Source of the DNA: Trichoplax adhaerens
Taxonomy: Eukaryota; Animalia; Placozoa
Direction: 5' to 3'
Assembly (NCBI RefSeq): GCF_000150275.1
Contig: NW_002060973.1
Location: 124,001 to 188,000, forward strand
DNA: 64,000 nucleotides
Both the position numbers and the translations under genes were made by a program. The notes under the pieces are model-generated. The model searched no databases, was not told the DNA's origin, and saw only the letters and a list, made by a program, of their open reading frames with translations. Shown in pieces: positions 1 through 13,300 of this stretch (the first letter of the stretch is position 1; each line of letters begins with the position of its first letter).

Positions 1-2833
1 GACCTCATTTTGCACGGAAAGTCCATCTGTCTGTAGAGGTACAGAATGAGGAAACCTACAGTATTAATGTTACACTAGCACTGTACCGGAATCTTCCCCT
101 ACAGTCTACTGTACTGTGCCAAAAAATGACGCATGGTTATTAAGGTCATCTGTTAGCGTGTCACTGTCTAAGTTAATATAAACAGTAGTGTAGCGTATGG
201 TGAGTTAGGACACCTACCCATACAGTAGTTCAGTTTGCAAGAAGTAAGAAGTCACTTCTTAGAATGATGCTCGTACTGTACTGTATCGTTGCTGATTGGT
301 AAGGATAAGTCTCTATTGGCTATCAGGATAACAATCTCCTGTTTCTTAGGCAATGTCTGCTTATACGCGTATATAGATATCCCACTCACGTAGCTCGCTA
401 AAAATGGAGACCAAGAAAAGTTAAATAAAATGTCCACTGTTGCAAGAGCAATACGAGTTAGGGTGCCATGAATGAATGAAATTGCTTGATATTGACAAGC
501 AAAGAAATGCTAGTGATTATTGTACTGTACGAGCACAGCTCGTATACACTTGTGTTTGAATTACTCTAACTTTATCCAAACATCTTGGTTCGCCATCAGT
601 TACTTTTAACATCTGACAGCGTAAAACTACGATCTTATCCACTTTATTAGCTTTAACAAGGGACAACGTGGCTTTTTGTCAAATACTAAAATATTGAAAT
701 GTTGGGTAAAGGAGAAAAAATTGAAAGATGGACTACGATGTTGGCATAAATATCACCAGAAAATACAATGTTTATTACATAGTGGATAATTATTACGTAA
801 CTAAAATTCTCATACCCTCATATTAGACGCAAAGCGTGATTCTTGCTCTTATACTTAATAGCATCCTATTCTAATCCGGTAGTTCGATTGGTTTCTTAGT
901 TAAAAATAGATAAGGTACTAGAATAGATGAATCAAGTCTGTTTAGCTAACTATCGTTGGCTACATGGATTCGTTTGTACGTACTTCAGCGAGTAACCAAA
1001 CGTATTTTTCTAAGAAATTATTTTACAACTGACTATAAACTAGATAGTGAAAATGCGACAATCATAAATTCAGAAACGATTGAATACGACAAGAATCGAA
1101 ATTTGATATTTAGTTTTTTAAGATAGAATCTACGCATATGATCTATTTCTATCATATCGGGATGCTATTCTTTGAATGACTCTTTTACTAGCAATACTGA
1201 TATTATGTATCCATTGTTCCATTAAACATATACTTATGCCAATATGCTTCCTTCATAATGCTATAGCAGTTTCATAAAATTTTTTAGGGATGAATAACTT
1301 AATCCATAGTTGCATTTTCAAGCTAAATGTTGTATTCTCATAACCAAATTTATGAAATGCCATGCGCTCTACGCAGAACTTAAAGTAGGCAAAATAGCAT
1401 GGCAATGACGGTGAGATGAAATATCGAACATAGATCCAATCCTGATAAGAACAAAGTTCTTTTTTTCTTACTTCTTGCTTAGTAACCGAAACAGAACCAG
1501 TCTATTTCAAAATATAAGTACCATACTGGCCATACTGACTGCATGAAAGGGTTATATACCGTACATATAATAGTAAAGGAGCTCGAAAGCTACAGTGAAG
1601 TGCAGTATAAAATGCTAGCACTAAGCTGCTGAAAGACTTGTTAACGAGCTTGAAATTTCAGTATTATTAATTCAGGTTAGGATCATAATGAATCGATATC
1701 GTCCGATAGAACTGTTTTTTATACAGTCCACTACATTTTACTGAGTGCGGTGACATATGATAAATAAATACAACTATTTCAGTAAATGTCAGAAATGGGA
1801 TTTGCGGTGATCCTATTAAATCATTGCTGGGTAAATATCAATAAAAAATATGAATTATGATGTCTTCAAAATTTTAGAGAGAAATCAAACATACCAAATA
1901 ATATTTTCTCTCTGCAAAAATATTGAATATTGATTAAATCATTGCGTGAATTTACGGCTGCAGTGGAAGCCCTATCAAAGGCAATACCGTACTTTATTGG
2001 GCCAATTTATAGTCCGACATGAGCTCAATATAATGTACTGTAGAGTTAAGAATTCTATATAAGAACCGTACGGTACCGAAATACGTTGATTAAACGATTT
2101 TGATTCGTCGTCCAACATTCTTTACTGCTAATTGGTGAGTAGACAAAAATGATTAGTTAAAAACAACTCAAACTGTAAGCACTGCGGAAATTCTCATTTT
2201 CAAGTCTCATAACAAGGCTACTTTCTGTATACACAAAACGCGGAATTGTTAAGCTATGTCACGTAATCAGTTATATTAATGAATAAATAAATGGAGCAAT
2301 TGTTTTTTCAAGCCTGATAGTAATTAATATTTATATATAATTGTTACAGTAGATCAAGTGATTAAAGTTTAGTACAAAACCACGATAATATGGAGAGAGT
2401 AATAAGTAATAAGTAATCTGATATAAAACCGATGTAAATCATTTATTTCGATGCAATGCATGGTTAAGTATAGCTTACTAGGGTTAAGTTTAAGTTTTTA
2501 AATTTCATTATTTTTAGAGTATTGAAATCATGCGAAATTCAAATTATTTCAACAATTCTACTTATAAACTGACAAGCTCACATAATTCATATAATTTTTG
2601 TAAAATATTCATGGTAAATGTAAGACTTCCAATTCAACATAAATTGTTCGATACCTTCGAAAAAAGTTATTAATACTGACTAGATAAGAAACTTCTGATA
2701 ATAGATCATACCGTAATTTTATTCTAGGAATTATATCATATTATCGATAGTAAGGTATAATTCTAGAAGAAGTTGATATAGTAATACTGCACATTCAAGA
2801 CAAAGTAGATCAGAAATTAATGCCGTGAAGAGG

Positions 2834-3130
2834 TATCAACGCAAGTGAATTTCGTTACTCAATTACTATTCTTGGAAAAACACACCGGTAGTCCCCCCTT
2901 GAAATCAAAAGTTGGTACTATAATCAATTAATATTGCAGCGGAGACAGAACTATATGTGCAGTCTAGTAATGTACAGAAATAGCTCACAGACCTGAAATT
3001 AGAATAAGATGATCGTAAATTTCATTTTGTGAGGTTGTAACTATAACTAATCAACAGCGTTGGAAATTATTAATTAAAAATTAATATTGATAAGGGCTAT
3101 CAATGCGTACTAAATTTCGTTACTCAATTA
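2834..3130. repeat. Dispersed direct repeat of about 32 bp (2834-2865 and 3098-3130)
   Basis: Both copies read TATCAA..GC...AATTTCGTTACTCAATTA with an identical 18 bp core. Confidence 0.6.
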
Positions 3131-3896
3131 AATGATAGACTTAAAAGTGAGGTAGTTTGAAAGCGTTTTGATTGTAGGCCAAGCATGAAATTCTTTGACA
3201 GCTCATTTAATTTTGAACGAAGTTCACTTTTAAATAGGTTATATACGTATATTATGCAAGGGCAGCCACATGCTGTCAATCTCTAATATACTTCAGGATC
3301 ATCTCCGTTAGTTTTGTTTTCAACTAACCATTTTTACTAAAAGAAAGTTTTACCGCCATATTAACAAAGCACTATTAAGAATGCCGCAACAAACAATTGA
3401 GATAATCATGTACATAACATTCCTGATACTGTCATGACGATATTCGTGATTCGATCATAGAGACATCAAAAATAATTACTAGTCTCCATGGCGTAATGTT
3501 AGATTGTAATGTAAATAACTGTAGTCGCAATCTGATTTTTCCCTATGGAATGCATGCTACTGAATGATAGGAATGCCTCCTTTACTACGGTAACCGAATA
3601 ACACAAAATAACATTTACTGATATGTTGAAAGTTGTTACGCCTATTTTGCAAGACTTTTAAAACTGTATTGGTAATAATGTAAATTGACTATATGATAGG
3701 AAGATAAGCTATAACCGATGTTTATACGTATCCCTTTACACTGAAAATTAAATAATTTAGATAGATATTATACTTTACATGTTCAACATACAATGAGTCA
3801 ACGGATGAGTCACAATTATGGCAATGTATGACAATGACTGAAAATGCCATTTGTGGTTGTCGTATCAATTTCAGACTAGGAGTTTATTTCTTTCCA

Positions 3897-4134
3897 TGGA
3901 CAGAACTTGAAATATCTCCTTTTTTTCATTACCATCTTCCACCAAGTACTTCCTGTATTAATTTCAACTTAGAAATTTTTTCCTTTTAGTGGGCAGAACT
4001 TGAATCAACTATCTTACCCTTTTTCATTATCCATTATCCATTTCCATCAACTACTTCCCTGCATTAATTTCAATTCGGGAATTTTTCACTTCAGTGGGCA
4101 GAGCTTGAATTATCTTACCCTTTCTTTCATTATC
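3897..4134. repeat. Degenerate tandem repeat, about 93-105 bp unit, about 2.4 copies
   Basis: TGG(A/G)CAGA(A/G)CTTGAA...TTTTTCATTA...ACTTCC...ATTAATTTCAA...AGT recurs with units starting at about 3897, 3990 and 4095. Confidence 0.8.
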
Positions 4135-4140
4135 TAGTTG

Positions 4141-6172
4141 CGCGTCGCTGTTAGAGATAACCTTTAATCTTATTGGTAACTAGTAAGCAAAGGTAAGTTT
4201 TTCATTTAAATGTATCTGCTGTACTATGGTTGCTATTTACTAAATCTTTAATGCTTAATTTAATTATCTGCATGTGAGTTAGTCATCTAAATCAACAAAA
4301 ATAATAGAAAGGACAATTTTCAACATGAAGTATTTTCAATTGATTAAATAGTAATAGGGAGGAGACTAAGATCATACTTAATACATTAGGTTAGTGTATC
4401 ATACTTTTGTATTATTCGAGCTCTATTGCATCCAAGCGACCACAATTAACAATTTATAGTTTCTCTTTAACGACTATACAATACCATGGGTTTACAAAAG
4501 CCATATATGGTCAATTATTACCATTCTAAATCATGATTTGATGTCTGCTTTCTAATGTAGGGAAAGACATAATTAACATTTCTACTTTACGTAATGCCCA
4601 AAATACCGTACGATACGAGTATCAGCAACACTATGCTATGATGTCATGGTAAAATCAAGGAAAAGTCAAATTTTAATATACCTGATTCTAACCGTAATGA
4701 TTGAAATCAATTGATGTGATATAGAGTGTAATACCGGCTGGAAATACAACTTGTGTAGGAGTTATTACAGTTTATGTGTTATCATCTTGATACTGAATGG
4801 CCATTTTCAAATCTGGGTTAATTAAGATGTTATTGATATCAATATAGGATCAATTTAATTTCTGAAAAAGTAAAAGTAAAATATTAGGCTGTAATTACAA
4901 TTATTTGATAATCCTATTATATAGTAATCAATGTGTTTACTAGTTGCAATCCTGTCGACTCGATTACTCCCCATACTCATACTAGTGATTCGGATTATAA
5001 GTTAGTATGGCTAGCGTACGTTATTGATTAATGCACTACCCGATCCGTTAACATTACGTCATTCTATTACAAGTACACTTATGTGCCTATATGAGTCTAT
5101 AGGATAATAATGGCCCTTTTTATTTCCAGTACGATAGGAGATTTTGAGTGTAATTTGTTGGCAATCTGCTACAATTGCTTGCCATTGATATCAATATTGC
5201 AAGAACGGGATTAAAACCGTTACAATAATAATATGCTATTAACAGTAACACTTTTAGCAAGTTAAAGAACATGTTGCTGATTGATTCCATCAAGAGTGAT
5301 TAAAATGTTGTCAGCCAGCATTTGTAGGAGTAGGATTACTGCATAACGATAGTTATTCCTTCTACGCTTATCATATGAAATAATTCAGTACAATGTATGA
5401 CTAACACCAACAGTATGGTAGACAGCTCGATCATCAGTAATGTAAATAAATTGCCGTAAATAGCAATATTACTCAGTATTGACAAAACACTATTTAGGTG
5501 TAACCTGATAGTATTGTAGTGGTAACAATGAAATTCTTTGATCTTATCGGCAAAGATATAAAAGACAATAAGGACGATGGCCTATCATTGTTTAATGAAA
5601 TACTGTCATTATCTAAACAAACGATCAATTGTAATGATACAGACATGCTATAAATTAAAGCGAGCTTGACGCAGAGAGGATAAAAGCTTCTGCTCCATCC
5701 AATTTTTTCATTTTCTAAACGATTCCAGTTTCTATTTCTATTCGACTCTTTCTCTACTTTTGCAATTTCATTTTTTTTTAATTTTAAATCTTTTATTTTT
5801 CCATCTCCATTCCTTTGTTGAAGCTTGGGCGATTTAATATCGAAGGTTAAAGGCGAATATCCAGCAACATTGACTGCAAGTGCTAGATCATTCATTGCAA
5901 TTCTCCTTTGCCTGTTCTGCGATATCAAAACAGAATCTTGCCAAATCCAAGGTGAATTCAACATTGGGGCCATTTGCGTAAACTGATGAAAAAAGTTTTC
6001 TGTCATTTTATCTCAACTAAACAAGACAGTAATACGTGTAATTTTTGAGCAGTTTAAGGGAAGTGTAATACCATCTGATCTCTTTTCTCTAAATCATCTC
6101 CCGATTACTTCAATAGCATAATTGCAATTTTGTGGTTGGATTGTAACGGTAGTAACTATCTTTAATTTACAG
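4141..6172 (+). other. Putative non-coding first exon end and 5'UTR intron (4193-6172) of the L1-like gene
   Basis: Strong donor AAG|GTAAGT at 4193 and acceptor TTTAATTTACAG ending at 6172, 114 nt before the ATG. The pairing is inferred. Confidence 0.4.
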
Positions 6173-6286
6173 AAGATTTCAGAAAAGCAAATTTACCATA
6201 CTCTAAGTTCTTTAAATTCTTGCTATACGCGTATTGTTCAATTCGGAATCGAAAATTATTATAATTATTGATACCGTCTAACAGCA

Positions 6287-9200
6287 ATGGAAAAGGAGCT
6301 AAACATTTTTATCATACTTACAATCATTTCCATAACATGTAGCCAACATGCGCCTAAAATCATTGTCCAACCCATTAATTTTATCAATGGTCGTGCTATA
6401 TCGCGTTCACATAGTGAAGGTCTTGTCATTCCATGTACTGCCACAGGACAAGGGACTATTACTTATGCCTGGAGGCACAATGGACGACCTTTACAAGCTG
6501 ATCAACGAGTTAAAATTCAAGGTGGAAATTTAACGTTTAGTGGTATTGTCTTGGCTGATGCCGGTCAATATATGTGCTTGGCTACTAATGGATTTGGCAC
6601 TAGTGTAAGCCGTGCAGCAACACTTCAAGTTCGCTACTTACCCTTTTTACCTGGTAACGCGCATAAAGTCAGCAGAATAAGTAATAACAACGTAAAGATT
6701 ACTTGCAACATATCTCCTAATACAGCACCTCGACCAGATAAAATCTATTGGACAAAAACTGATAGTAATAGTATCGTCAAAGAAAACAAAAGAATTGCTA
6801 TTTCACGTTATGAAGGCGATTTAATCTTTATTTCGGGATTAAGGAACGAAAGCGGAAGCTATCGCTGTAATACTATCTCCAATATCTATGATCCAAAAAG
6901 CAGTTCATCGTCGGCAACAACATTAGCCGGAGGAGTACAAACTGTTAACTTTTCAAGTGCCGCAATTGCGAATACCTTACCTAAGATTGAAATTCCACCT
7001 AATGATACAATCGCTGAAATTGGTCAAAATAAATCCATTCTAGAATGTATTGCCACGGGCCATCCATTACCGGCCATACTTTGGAGCAAGAAATCGGGTA
7101 CATTACCAATTAATCGCTATAAATTTGAAAATTTCGGTCGTCACTTAGTTATTGAAAATATTCAAGAATCAGATTACGGTGATTATCAATGCACTGCCAT
7201 TTCTAATGGTAATCAAGTATCTGCAAGTGCTCGACTGTACGTGGTTAGCGAACCACGCTGGTCGATATCGATATCGGATAGAAATCATTCTATTGAGTCT
7301 GACCTCATGTGGCCATGCTCTGCTGCTGGCTCTAGCATAAAATATAAATGGTTCATGAATGGAGATCTGATTACTGGCAGCTCTAAATACCTTCTTCATA
7401 GTAACGGATCTCTAACTATACGCAATTTAGCACGATCAGATAGCAAGGTATATACATGTATGGCTTATAATGATCGCTCAAACGTTGTTTCGTCTGGATG
7501 GCTAAATGTAACTGTCGCTGCTCCTAGCTTTATAAAGAGTCCTTACATACAAACATCACTTTTCAAAGGAGAAGACGGCGTTATCCGCTGCACAGTAACG
7601 GGTGGTCCACGTCCAACTATGGCTTATACGAAAGATGATCGATTCATTGATTTACTTAGAAATGCCAAGTATTCAATTATGAAGAATGGAAATCTAGTTA
7701 TACATAATGTAGTAGAAAATGATGCTGGAAATTACAAATGTATGGCAACAAATCGCTTTGGTACTGCCTCTGTCGCTGGTATAGCAGTTGTTACAAATGC
7801 AACTGTATTTACTCGCAAACCTATCACGACTACGGTTAGAAGACCACAAAATGTCCGTTTAACATGTCAAGTTCAAAAGGATTCTAGCTTGCCAGTTGTC
7901 TTGTATTGGCAAAAAAATGGTGTTAATATCACTAATCCCAGGTCTAAAGTTTCTGTTTCCGGCTTCAACACAGAATTCAATTTCGTTAATACCACGTTAG
8001 CCGATAGCGGGACCTATGCATGTGTAGCTGCTACTAAACTACCTTACCAAGGATTCGTATCTAAAATATCGAAAGCTCAGATAACGGTTCATGATGTGCC
8101 TAATCCACCATTCAATTTTGTATACAGTGAATTATCATCAAGCTCTATCCTCTTTTCTTGGTTGCCTGGCAATCCTAATAATAGCCCACTACTAGGATTT
8201 AAAATCAAATATCGTATCAATGGTGTAAATTCATGGCGAATTGCTGATAACTCAATTCCTGTTTCCGCAACATTTCATAGAATAAGCTTATCCCCCTTCA
8301 ATACATACCAATTTGCCATTGTCGCTATCAATAAAGTAGGTACTAGTGCAGATAGCAAATATCTATACTTTGCAACACCGTCTGATGTGCCTTACCGAGC
8401 ACCTGGTAAATTTCGTGCTAGTGCGGTGACGAACGATGCTACTTCTATTAATATCCGATTTATACCACTTTCACGAGAAGAACAGAATGATTTAGGCTTT
8501 AATTATAGATTGCACTACCGATTACAGCAACAATCCAATACATCCTGGAGTAATGTTACCACTGGTATCACAGGAAGGTATAGATTAACAGGCCTTCTTC
8601 CAGGGAGAAGGTATCAACTCCGGTTGCAACCTTTTAACAATGCAGGGCTGGGCAAAATGAAAACAAGTATTTTAACCGTAACAACAGGCACATCACCACC
8701 TGCGGTAGCTCCAAGTAATGTGGTTGCATATGTAACTGATACAAATCAAGTTACTCTTACCTGGAATAAAATTCCATCAAATAAAGTATCAGCAGCTACA
8801 GGATATCGAGTGAGTATTTATATATGTGTATACTATATGTCCTTCTAGGGTTGTGCTAAGATATTTCATCGCTCTTGTCAAGATACTTTGATAAGCAGTC
8901 ATGTGAAATTTCACATTTACTAATGAACCCACCTTTCGGTATTAGGTATCTTACTGGACCTATGATCGCTCTATTGCATTAACACGGACTCTGGGGGATA
9001 TTAATATGGCTACAATTGCAGGATTGGATTCGAATATGAACTATAGCTTCACTGTTAATGCATTTAATGAAGGTGGAGATGGACCACTATCATCTATAGA
9101 AACAAAAACTATAAAGAACCCAGTGCCAGGTACGCTACCGATGAAATAGTTAATTAATTAAAAATGCTTCATTATTTATTGTGAAATTAAATCCAATATC

Positions 9201-10324
9201 CTTATGTAGTACTGATACTAGTTACACTAATTTTTACAGGCGCAGTCTCTAATATCGTAGCATCTCAGCCTGCTGCCAATCAAATTACATTGAAATGGAA
9301 AGCTCCATTAGTACCTAATGGTGCTATCCTCCATTATAGGATAAATTATACGCTATTAAACTCACAAAATATCCCAGAAGTTGCCGTATCTAATACTACA
9401 ACATCATCGGAAACAGCATACGTACTATCCAATTTAGGACCGGGTATATATCGATTTACGATTATACCAGGTAATGCCCATGGCTATGGGATTCCCACAA
9501 GCATTCAGTTCGACGTTATCGCCAGCGCTATACCGGCACCTATAGATCTAGCTGGTAGCAATATTCAAGAAACCTCGGTCGATCTAATTTGGACAGCGAC
9601 TAATGATCCGTTGATAGGATTTATAATTCGATCAAAATTAGCGTTGCAGAGTAGTTCATTTTCAAACAGTAGTCAACTTTTATCTCCAAAGCTGCGTCGT
9701 TTTACTGTAAAGAATTTGATATCATCCACTATGTATACATTCCATGTTATCGCCGTCGGAAGTAACAACAAATTTAGTTCGCCTAGCAATGAAGTCAATA
9801 TTACAACAGCTGTGGAAACAGCACCACAATCTAGTATGATGATTGGAATAATTGGAGGTTTGGCTGGATTTTCTGCTGTTATTTTCATTATTGCGTCCAT
9901 TTTTTTCTACCGAAGAAGCCAGCAAAAGAAAACTGTAATTAAGGGCAAGAAGCCTGTTATACCACCACGACCCACAAGTGAAGCTGAAGCAGATGACAAT
10001 AGGCCACCATTACCATCAGATAGCGGAAATTTTCAAGATCAATTTAATCATAGCGATGTTGATGCTGAAAGTGTAGATAGCATGGATCAATATGCTGATT
10101 TACCGAATCTTTCTAAATTTAATGAGAACGGCTCCTTTATTGGAGAATACGGAACCTTAAGGATTGTAACAAACGCCGAAAATAGCTCTTACGGCGCACA
10201 TTATACTGATATTAAATATAGCAACGCTGGTAGTGTTTCCGTTCGTAGTGGAATCAACACTCGTCCTGGTAGCCCAGCTAGTACCGTTAATCATAATAAC
10301 GCAGGATTTCTCACATTCGTTTGA
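6287..10324 (+). CDS. L1-family (neuroglian/NrCAM/L1CAM-like) immunoglobulin cell adhesion molecule, about 1263 aa; exons 6287-8809, 8946-9129, 9240-10324
   Basis: Signal peptide, six Ig domains (paired Cys, W and DxGxYxC motifs), five FN3 repeats, TM segment (IGIIGGLAGFSAVIFIIASIFF), cytoplasmic FNENGSFIGEY (L1-family FIGQY-type motif) and C-terminal LTFV. GT-AG introns 8810-8945 (phase 0) and 9130-9239 (phase 1) join the two ORFs in frame through an FN3-coding middle exon (VSYWTYD...VNAFNEGGDGP). Confidence 0.93.
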
Positions 10325-13300
10325 ATGTAGCCAGAAATAACTAGGATTACTCTTTCAAAGCAGAGTGTCGTAAAACGGTATCATCTACACTTGCAGTAGA
10401 TGTAATATTTTTTTCTATGACTGTCTGAATCTGCGATAGTTCTGATTATGATACTTTACGAAACTCTTATCGAAAGTCGTATTATCTACCATTTACGTAA
10501 ATGTTAATGATGACTTATAGCTTGTTCTGTAGAATGACCTGATTGTTTCGTTTGCTAGAAAAATCTTTTACATGTTTCTACGTTATTGGCCAGCAATCTT
10601 GTACATTACATTGTAGAATATAGATGCTTTGTCGAAAAAAATTCTATTTATTAAAGTTTATCTACCGATATATAACACTTAAATCGAGTATTTGCATAAA
10701 GTATTTGTGTGATATTCATTATCGAAATGAACAAACTGGAATAGGATAAAATAAACCAATAACAAAATCAGTCCTGTAGCAACTGATGTCGATGTAATAA
10801 TTCATTGGATTTTTTGTAAGATTACTCACCTCGAATACTGAATTTAAATAATAATTTCGAATCATATTATTCGCAGATTCCTATTAATTAATTAATTAAT
10901 GACGCTTTATAAATTCATTTTTAATAAAAAAATTTTTCATATATCTGAAAATGCTTTTATTATTAAAATACGTCAGTACTCGAATATCCATTTTACATGT
11001 ATACGGTGACCAGAATCTACTGTAGATGGTTCTCGCGCATGAAGGCTAAGATTAGCAGTTATTATGAATCCTTTTTTGTGAAAGAGGTTGCCTGTCGTGA
11101 CATCTTTGTAAGTAGTTATACATTAGACATGAAGATTACACCCTGCCGACAGTGATTAATTTTACATAATAGTGCATGTTTCTCAGTTTAGTTGGCTAAT
11201 AGAAACATGTCATTTGGCTTAGTTGCATGTGTTCGTATAATTTGAATGGATCCAGTTTTTTAATTAATTAACGCCCAATACTGCTTTAACATTTTTGATT
11301 CTCTTTACCTCCATCCTGCGTAATTGTAGTATAGTAGTATCATATGCAAGACTTACGTAGTACATGGAAAAGATAAATTTTTTTGGATTCTTAAAGTGGA
11401 ACTGGTAGAATGTACTTGATTAATAAGGTAAGAAATTTTATGATAGTAAATTTTGCGGCTCACATAATACATGCTAGTGAGTGGTAGATCAGGATTCTTT
11501 CTCAATGGTCCCTGCACGGTAGCTAATCATCTTAATAAATCATTCTACAGTACTAGGTATACTGTGATACAATCATGCAACTATCAATAGTTGAATTTAT
11601 AAGAAATCATCATGAAAGCATATAATGTCGAGCTAATTTCTAGTACATTATCCTTCAATTGTTATATAGACTCCGAGCTTGGTCTAAATATCGTATGAAT
11701 TTCCATTTAATCGCAGAAATTGATAATTATAATACAATGTGTAAGCTATCACGACGTTAGAATATTATTAATAGAACAGCAGTTTGGTAACAGCGATGGG
11801 GGTTACCGATATTCTTTAAACTAAGAAACTTAGTCTATGCTGATATTAGGCGATGGCTACGACATTACAAAATTGATAGACCTAATATAGAAGGCTCCAA
11901 AATCGAATTTCATTTGTAGATTTGAATATGATGCCTCTGCTGTCATAACTGTATCCCGTATTGATTCTGTTATATTGAGATTTCCATTTTTGCTCGAGTA
12001 GTCCCTGAAATGTTTAATCGTCTACTTGTATTAGAGAACTGCTTTCATCTCGACTGCTTAAAGTTCGTGAACTACTGCACTTGAAGGAACTTCTTAGAAG
12101 TCCCTGGAAAGTGGTACATTAAGCAGGTTATTACCGGTAATATTTCGATTGGAAATGAGTTTAGTAAAGGCTTCTACTATATCGTCTTGTCTACACTTTA
12201 TAAATTGGTTAGTGGTTTGGTTATTAATAAACTGGTACATAAAGTATATTAAAATAAACTTATACCAGTTCTTGTACTAAAATTTCGAAAGTGCTAACAT
12301 TAGTGACAGTGGCACAGATTGCAGCTTAAGCATGACTGAATAAGCACTATGCGCACAGCTATAATCCGCTGTCAAGATTTTAAAAAGCGGGAGCTTTTAA
12401 GGGAGGAGAGCACAAAATAAGTACACTTGTGTGGGCTATTTTACTCTGTATAAGGGTGTGCGATATTTTAGCAAACTAAAAAGTACTGTAAGTTTTTATC
12501 GCTCATCCTGATAGTTTATATCAAAACAAAGTTAAATGGATTTTTTATAAACTTTGATACAAACAACTTCAAGGCGTGAGACGGCAGTAGCATATCTTTA
12601 CGTAAACATTAATAAGAAAAATATTTAGCTTACGTTGACTACAATTGATTATAGGCTAGAGGTTAATAAGCTTTGAATTTCCATCTTTTCATATTCATCA
12701 GTTACTAAATTAATATTGTGATAGATCCGATAGAATGTAGTAATATCACCTTAAATTCTGTTTCGAAGATTGTGGTTATTAACTAGTCTAATTTTATCCT
12801 ACCCTTAAGGATTCATTTTGTTTATAAAAGAGTATAGTTTAAACCTGTTTATAGATTACTCTTACAAAGTAATATTGAAATTGAAGTAGTTTACAGGCAA
12901 TGTTATTGGAGGCTAATTTAAGGCCGTAAAATTTATTTACGCAATTAAATAGCAGTATCGATTAGTTTAAGTTTAAACAACTATTGCTGAAATAGTTTGC
13001 TTAGGTATAAGTATAAGAGCACTTTGTCATAATGAAGCCACTATGATAATAATAAAGGCTTTGTACTTCAATGTACAAAGCAAGTGTGTACTATTCATTC
13101 TATCATAAATTTACTCTTTCCAGTTAATGATTTACAGATTTACTGTTTACTAAATAACTAGTACACACTACTACAGATGGCTGAATAGTTTGCATAATAA
13201 TTAAAATTGAGGAGTCAATATCCAAGGGTAAGTCTAGACCCGCTACTAAACTTTAGTAGAACATCAATGATGGAAAATCCATACTGATGTTTTGCAAACA

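Noticed and set aside
5494-6006. 170 aa minus-strand ORF
   Set aside because: No recognisable domain. The K/E/N-rich part mirrors a pyrimidine-rich plus-strand tract in the probable L1 5'UTR intron, so it is likely a chance ORF.
8810-8848. C-terminus VSIYICVYYMSF of the 853 aa ORF as a secreted L1 isoform
   Set aside because: Simple read-through into intron 1 (GTGAGT donor); no evidence for intron retention.
13260-13291. Short imperfect hairpin AACATCA...TGATGTT
   Set aside because: Too short and imperfect to call an ncRNA; expected by chance in AT-rich DNA.
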